This document shows positions 57,571 to 64,000 of a stretch of DNA of 64,000 nt, piece by piece. The DNA comes from Eledone cirrhosa (Eukaryota). The stretch covers positions 108,066,001 through 108,130,000 of the forward strand of contig OZ024743.1 of assembly GCA_964016885.1 (NCBI GenBank), written 5' to 3'. A program made the position numbers and the translations under genes. Below the pieces are notes generated by a model. It was not told the DNA's origin. It saw nothing but the letters and a program-made list of their open reading frames with translations, and searched no databases. Every line of letters starts with the position of its first letter. The first letter of the stretch is position 1.

Positions 57571-57974
57571 CGCGCTACACTCAACAGGTATTGAGGCTTT
57601 TATCACCGATACATTTATTTATCTCAGGTAAACACATAATTCTGCTCCCCCTCAAGTAAGGAGCCTCCAAATTCATTGCACTTGTAGAGCTCCACCCATT
57701 TCTGGAAAGCCCACTTGGATAATATCAGTAGACCCACCTCTCGTCACAGGTTACCATAGACTCAAGGACATTTGGTTTCGAAGCAATCCGTTTAGCAATC
57801 CTCAAAAACTTGTGAATATCGTCGACCAATCTTTTTTTTTTGTTGATTCCTCTATGTCCCTCTCACTGCCACACTTCCGTCGACCCTCACCTGCACCCTA
57901 GCCACCTGAAACCACCTGAAATAGTCATCCGCCTCATGAAAGTTAGTCCATAAGCATTTTTGACCATTTCATAA
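57571..57974 (-). mobile_element. Internally deleted mariner transposon relic
   Basis: Minus strand gives YEMVKNAY, MVTCDERWVY (first catalytic D motif) and AFQKWVELYKC; TIR-like CGCGCTACACTCAACAGGTATTGAGGCTTTT follows TA. Confidence 0.75.
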
Positions 57975-59756
57975 TCATCATGGACACCATCATCAGCACC
58001 CACCATCGTTTTCATCATATGCATCAACAAAACCCTCATCATCATCATGATCTACAGCATCGTCTTCATTCTTTTCATCTTCTTCTTCGACACCTTCAAC
58101 ATTGTCAACCTATATCTAACGCCCAGCCAGTGCTATGACGTGTATTTTCTATTTTGAATAGCTCTCGTAGTGTTCATTACACATACTAGCAGAAAAAACA
58201 CCCGGCGGGTGGTTTTCTGCTAGCATGTGTAGTGTGTATATTGATATTATACGCAAGTATATATACATGTAGATATGATACATCAAATAAGATCGTAATT
58301 GACAATATAAACATAAATTGAACGAAGACTGTGTTACACTGTCTTATGTAATCAGTAACGTAATCCACGATACATTAAAAAAAGACGATATAATTTATAA
58401 ACTGCATTAGGAGAAAATAGTATGTTTATTTAAGTGATCGCCACCGGAGTGTTGACATCACACACTCTCTCTTTCTATATATATGGTAGGTGAAGTGGTG
58501 GTGGTGGTGGCAACGATATACAGGAAGTGCAACTTTGAAACGAAGTCAATTTTAAATTATTTATTTTTACGAAATTCTTTTTGTTTACGAAATTTAGTAG
58601 ATGAATTATGTAATATTCATTCATTATTTATTCAAAGTAATCCAACTTATTTTACTAACGGGATAAAAAAGAAGAAAAAAAATGTACGCAGTCCCGCTGT
58701 CCCGCAGACCTTCCTTTATTATAGTTTAGATTATTTGGACCATTTAACACAGTAAGAAGAAACATGTTATTCATCATCACCAATGAATTTTGAAGAGCAT
58801 GTATGTGTTCTCTAGTAATGCTTCCTATCCAGTCTTTTGGTGTGTCATGTAGCGCATTACTCCTTGAACTACATGATGAATTCATAGATATGAAATCTGT
58901 AGAATATGTCTGCATTCTCTACCAATGTTTTGCTACCTAGTTATGAGCTGTGCTGTGCTGCGCATTATTCATTGTCATCAGTGTATAGAAATCCGGCAGC
59001 ATAGTGTCGTACATATATGGCCATTTCACCGATTGGCGTTGTTGACATTACAACTTTTACATTTGTAATCGACTTTATAAATCAGATATTCATTGTAACA
59101 TATTCATGGTCTTACATGCTTGATGGTTTTGCGTTTCGTATTTATTTGTGCCAATTTTCGTTTTAGTTTCGGCTTTTGATAGGAAAACGCCAGAACCACC
59201 CTTTGATATATGATGCAGAGATGTTTATATGTAGTTTAAAACTTTCCATTATAACTTTATGTGTGGTCAATTGTGAAGTAATGTTCCAAACTCAAGTTTA
59301 ATAATGAGAACTTCTGTGAAATAATTCTCCAAACTCCAGTTTAATAATGAGAAAGCTAGTTATATTACCAAATTCTTCCATATTCTTGATTATTTAAAAG
59401 TAATAAAATAATAGTTAGAATCTTTAATTTGAAATAAGATAACTTAAGTTTAATGAACTTTTAGATAATGTGTTATCAGTTCTAGAGTAAGTAAAAAGTT
59501 GGTTCATATAATATAAATCAAATGCAGTTTGCATATATATTAATAGGTGTGTGATCTAATGTACATGGTACGATGTATTTCTTCGTGTATCGTTCTATGT
59601 CTTGGTCTATTAGTTCGCTGAATATTAGTTGGATAATGTTTGTTTAATTTAGTGCATTACTTCATTTGGTGCCTCGTTTTTGGAGGAGAATCACAGACAT
59701 TTTACATAATGACGCCCTATTCTATATGTATCACGAATGTATATATGTGCGTGTAC

Positions 59757-59835
<79 letters not shown>

Positions 59836-60704
59836 CTCACTTACAACGAGACACACGAATAAGCAAATATTTTTATATATGTATGCCTAATTTTATTAAG
59901 CCAGTCAAGAAAATAGATGAGTGTGTTTGTGTGTCTCTTTGTATGCATATTCATATTACAAACGCACACATACACACGCTGACATATATATAGGTGTGTG
60001 TATGTGTATGTACTTTACAAATAAAAACAGCTTACGTATACATACGTACAATTAAAATTTTTAAGCGCAAAACAATGTAACCTACCATAAACATGAAGAA
60101 TAGATAGATGTAAGCAAGCAAGCTCTCATCAACTTCGCAGTGGGAGGGTGCCAAACATTTTCAGCTCAATACCCCATCCCATTTGTATTTACAAACTGCT
60201 CTCGCTTACTGTCTGTGCGTGTGTATTATAATCAAGTATGCACACATATATCCATGCATACGTAAACCATTCACACGAACAGACATATTTTTAAACAGAA
60301 AAATAATTATATATATACGCGCGTAAACTCGCACGAATTGAGTCATTCCACTCAGCAGGGTACTATATTACATATCTATCATCTTTGTTGTTGATAGTAT
60401 TTATTTATTTATTTATTTTTTTAATGTATTTGTAGTTGTTGCTATCGTCATCGTTTAGTTGTTGTTGATGTTGTTCATGAAGTATTTGTTGATGTTGCAA
60501 TCGTCATTGCTTAGTTGTTGTTTTTCTTGTAGTTGTGCTTGATGACGTTATTCCTGGTTCTGGATCAGACTTAGACTTGAGGCATGGGGAATCATGAGAT
60601 TTGACCTTCCATACCTCTCTCGCTTTATCTTTCTCTATTCCTCTCATATTCCCTCTCTCTCGTATATATATATATATATATATATATACACGTATATATG
60701 TATG

Positions 60705-60742
<38 letters not shown>

Positions 60743-60930
60743 CATGCATACATATACATATATACAACTGAGTAAATTTTAATACAAACTGCTTTTCCCT
60801 TGTTGTTTGGAATATTTATTTTCAGTTCTCAAACGTACGTCTTCTAAAATTGGCCTTGGCAATCAATTCTTCATCGAAAACATGTCTACTTTTGCCGTCT
60901 GCTTCTGTAATCTTTGCTTTATTTATAAAC

Positions 60931-62088
60931 ACACGAGGAACAGTAAAGACATTTTTGAGACTTTTTCTTTTTATGCACTTTTAATTGACCAGTGTAATTG
61001 TTACTGTAATGAATCATTTATGCAGGTATAATAAGCTTAACAGCTGACTGTTTCAATAATGGTGTTGGGACGTGAGGACAGCTTGGAGTCTCGATATTCC
61101 ATTAAGTCTTGTGTCTCGCTCGGCATAAACGCTGCAGAAACCTATGAAATGGTCAAAACCGCTTACCGACTAACTTTCATTAGGAGCTGGTGAGCGATGA
61201 CGAGAGCTGGGACAGCGAGAGGGACACCAGGAATAAGGACGCAAAATTAGCTCAACAAAATTTGGCAACTTCTGGACGAGGGCCGTCGTGCATCTCTTCC
61301 GGCGATTACTAAATAATTTGGTGTAGCTGAGGATGCAGTAACAGCGTAAAGTTTGTCCACTGGATTCTCACTGAAAATCAGAGGTAAGTCAATAACAGCA
61401 GAGACATAGTCGAGTGGATCACTTCTAAACCAAGTCTCCTTGGGTCTCTCGTAACCCGTGAAGAGAGTTGCGTCTACTGTTATGATCCAGAGACCAAGAG
61501 ACAAAGTGCCCAGTGGAAACATTCTGACTCCACTAGATCAAAGTAAGTCAGGTGAAACAGGTCCACTGAAAATTTCATGATGATCCCATTCTTTTTTAGC
61601 TAGGGCATTATCTACATTCACTGGGTGTCCCACGACCAGGCAGTCAAGAAAGAACATTTTGAGGCAGTTCAGAAAGAGATTTTGTCGCAAGAGATTTGAA
61701 CAGTTCAAGTCTAGTCAGTGGCATCTGCACCGACAATGCCCGCTGACACAAATCCATCCTGGTGAGCAACTACTTCCCCGATATGGGAACCAGACTGTCC
61801 CTCATCTTCTCCACAGTCCATAGGTAGCCCGGTGCGATTCCTGGATGTTCCGAAGCTGAAGGAGAAGCGCATGATTATCCGCTTCGAAGGAGTCTCTCTA
61901 ACAAGTGCCCTGGAACCTTCACTTTGGAGGACTCCAAGGTAGCCTTCCAGAAGGGGCTCGAGCGCTACAACAAGTGCATTGGAGTTGGAGGCTGCTACCT
62001 TGAGGGACACAATAATGTTGTGTTGATCTGAGTTAAATAAATGTCTCTGTGTCAAAAGTCAAAATATTTCTTGAGTTTACGTTGATTA
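60931..62088 (+). mobile_element. Decayed mariner (Tc1/mariner) transposon with transposase pseudogene
   Basis: SRYSIKSCVSLGINAAETYEMVKTAY, YCYDPETKRQSAQWKH, WHLH.DNA, PKLKEK, AFQKGLERYNKCIGVGGCYLEG; degenerate TIRs near 60931-60965 and 62055-62088; many frameshifts. Confidence 0.85.
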
Positions 62089-62145
62089 TATATATGTAAT
62101 TAAATATGAATATATATATATATATATATATACATATATATATAC

Positions 62146-62176
<31 letters not shown>

Positions 62177-62193
62177 CACACACTTATATATAA

Positions 62194-62287
<94 letters not shown>

Positions 62288-62400
62288 GACGTAAAATAAA
62301 AAAAAATTAAAATTAACTTACTTACTAAGATTTACATACTTACTAACACATATATTTGCTAGCATGGGTATACATCTGTATACATATGTTGGTAGATATA

Positions 62401-62532
<132 letters not shown>

Positions 62533-63060
62533 CAGATCAAACAAAACCAGACAAGGCTATATATATATATTTATATTCATGTCTGCATGTTTGGGGAAAA
62601 CTCGACCACGTACGTGTAAATTCACACGAAGCCTATTTTAATGATTTTATTCTTTTAATGTCAGTGTATTACGAAGATCTTATTGCTATTTCATTAGGGA
62701 TATTTCATATAGGTTCAATAATTGACTCCTTTGTAACATTTAATCTTCACGTGGTAGAATTAGCTACTGACTCTCTATCAGACTAGACACTAGGTCCTTT
62801 AAAGCGAGAAGACAGTAATTCATGACGTTGGTATAAGTGGTGAATTTTGGATTGTACTTGAGCAAGGTAATTTATTTTGCGTTCCTATAGTCCATGGTTG
62901 AAATGTATTGTACCTGTAATTCAAAGGTGTTACAATGAATCGGCTCTAGAAGCACTATCTCATAAAATTAAAACCCACTGCCTGTGGGTTTTAATTTTAT
63001 GAGATAGGGCGTTCTTCTAATCGTATCAAGGGGAACACTCGTCGTCGTAACCGTAAGGAC

Positions 63061-63201
<141 letters not shown>

Positions 63202-63708
63202 ACAAAAATGTTTAATGCGATACAGAGTTAGATGTAGGTACGCATACCTAAACACACACACAAACACATTTATATATCAGCAACCATATATACGCATAAG
63301 TATTAAACACACACATACTTAAGGATATTGGCTGTAGATACATACAGCCGACGTCTGTAGTCGATATTGGTCTTTCATGTTTCACTAAACAACGTCTTGG
63401 TTCGATGATTATATCCATTTTCGTTATTACTTCCCATATTTCCATAGAACTCAAACTCGTGTTGATTGAGTGGAGGCCATTTTGATAGTGTTTACTCTTT
63501 CACTTTACTATTCTTTATATTTCTTTTTTATTACCTTTTCTTCGTCTTCAGAAGTCTTTTGTTTTTGTGGGTGATTATTTTATTTTACTCTGTGTTATTT
63601 CTTTGCTTTGTTTTATTTGCCGGAATTGTCCCTTCATATTTCTGTCCTCATTTATCTATTGCTTTATTCTACTTGTCTATTTACGAAACTATATCGATTC
63701 CTACACAC

Positions 63709-63743
<35 letters not shown>

Positions 63744-63770
63744 ATTATGTGTGTATATATATATACCATC

Positions 63771-63818
<48 letters not shown>

Positions 63819-63821
63819 CAT

Positions 63822-63909
<88 letters not shown>

Positions 63910-63926
63910 CATACATATATATATAC

Positions 63927-64000
<74 letters not shown>

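Noticed and set aside
58740-59200. Possible decayed Gypsy gag/protease or other coding relic on the minus strand
   Set aside because: No diagnostic motif could be reconstructed.
59285-59352. 26-bp direct repeat TCCAAACTC.AGTTTAATAATGAGAA
   Set aside because: Simple local tandem duplication with no further structure.

Overview
AT-rich, microsatellite-dense eukaryotic non-coding DNA. The repeat content suggests a cephalopod (Octopus-like) intron or intergenic region (inference). No host protein-coding exon can be supported, and nearly all ORFs in the track are (TA)n/(CA)n/(GA)n artefacts. The one real ORF (minus strand, 10741-11658) is a 5'-truncated Penelope-like retroelement (RT C-terminus, Cys-rich linker, GIY-YIG) with inverted pseudo-LTRs. 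Main observations: (1) six minimal hammerhead ribozyme motifs from four sequence variants in the first 12 kb; (2) a family of short (TA)n-inserted elements whose palindromic heads always end at the same internal TA and appear to be made anew per copy; (3) a consensus recursive splice site (Py-tract CAG|GTAAGT at 35014/35015) in the loop of a ~120-bp inverted repeat; (4) an RTE LINE end with a twin-priming-type inversion. The window also holds a solitary 5S rRNA copy, tandem tRNA-derived SINE arrays, two mariner relics, R4/Dong, L1/Tx1 and RTE fragments, and several minisatellites. All family assignments come from motif recognition by eye; no searches were run.
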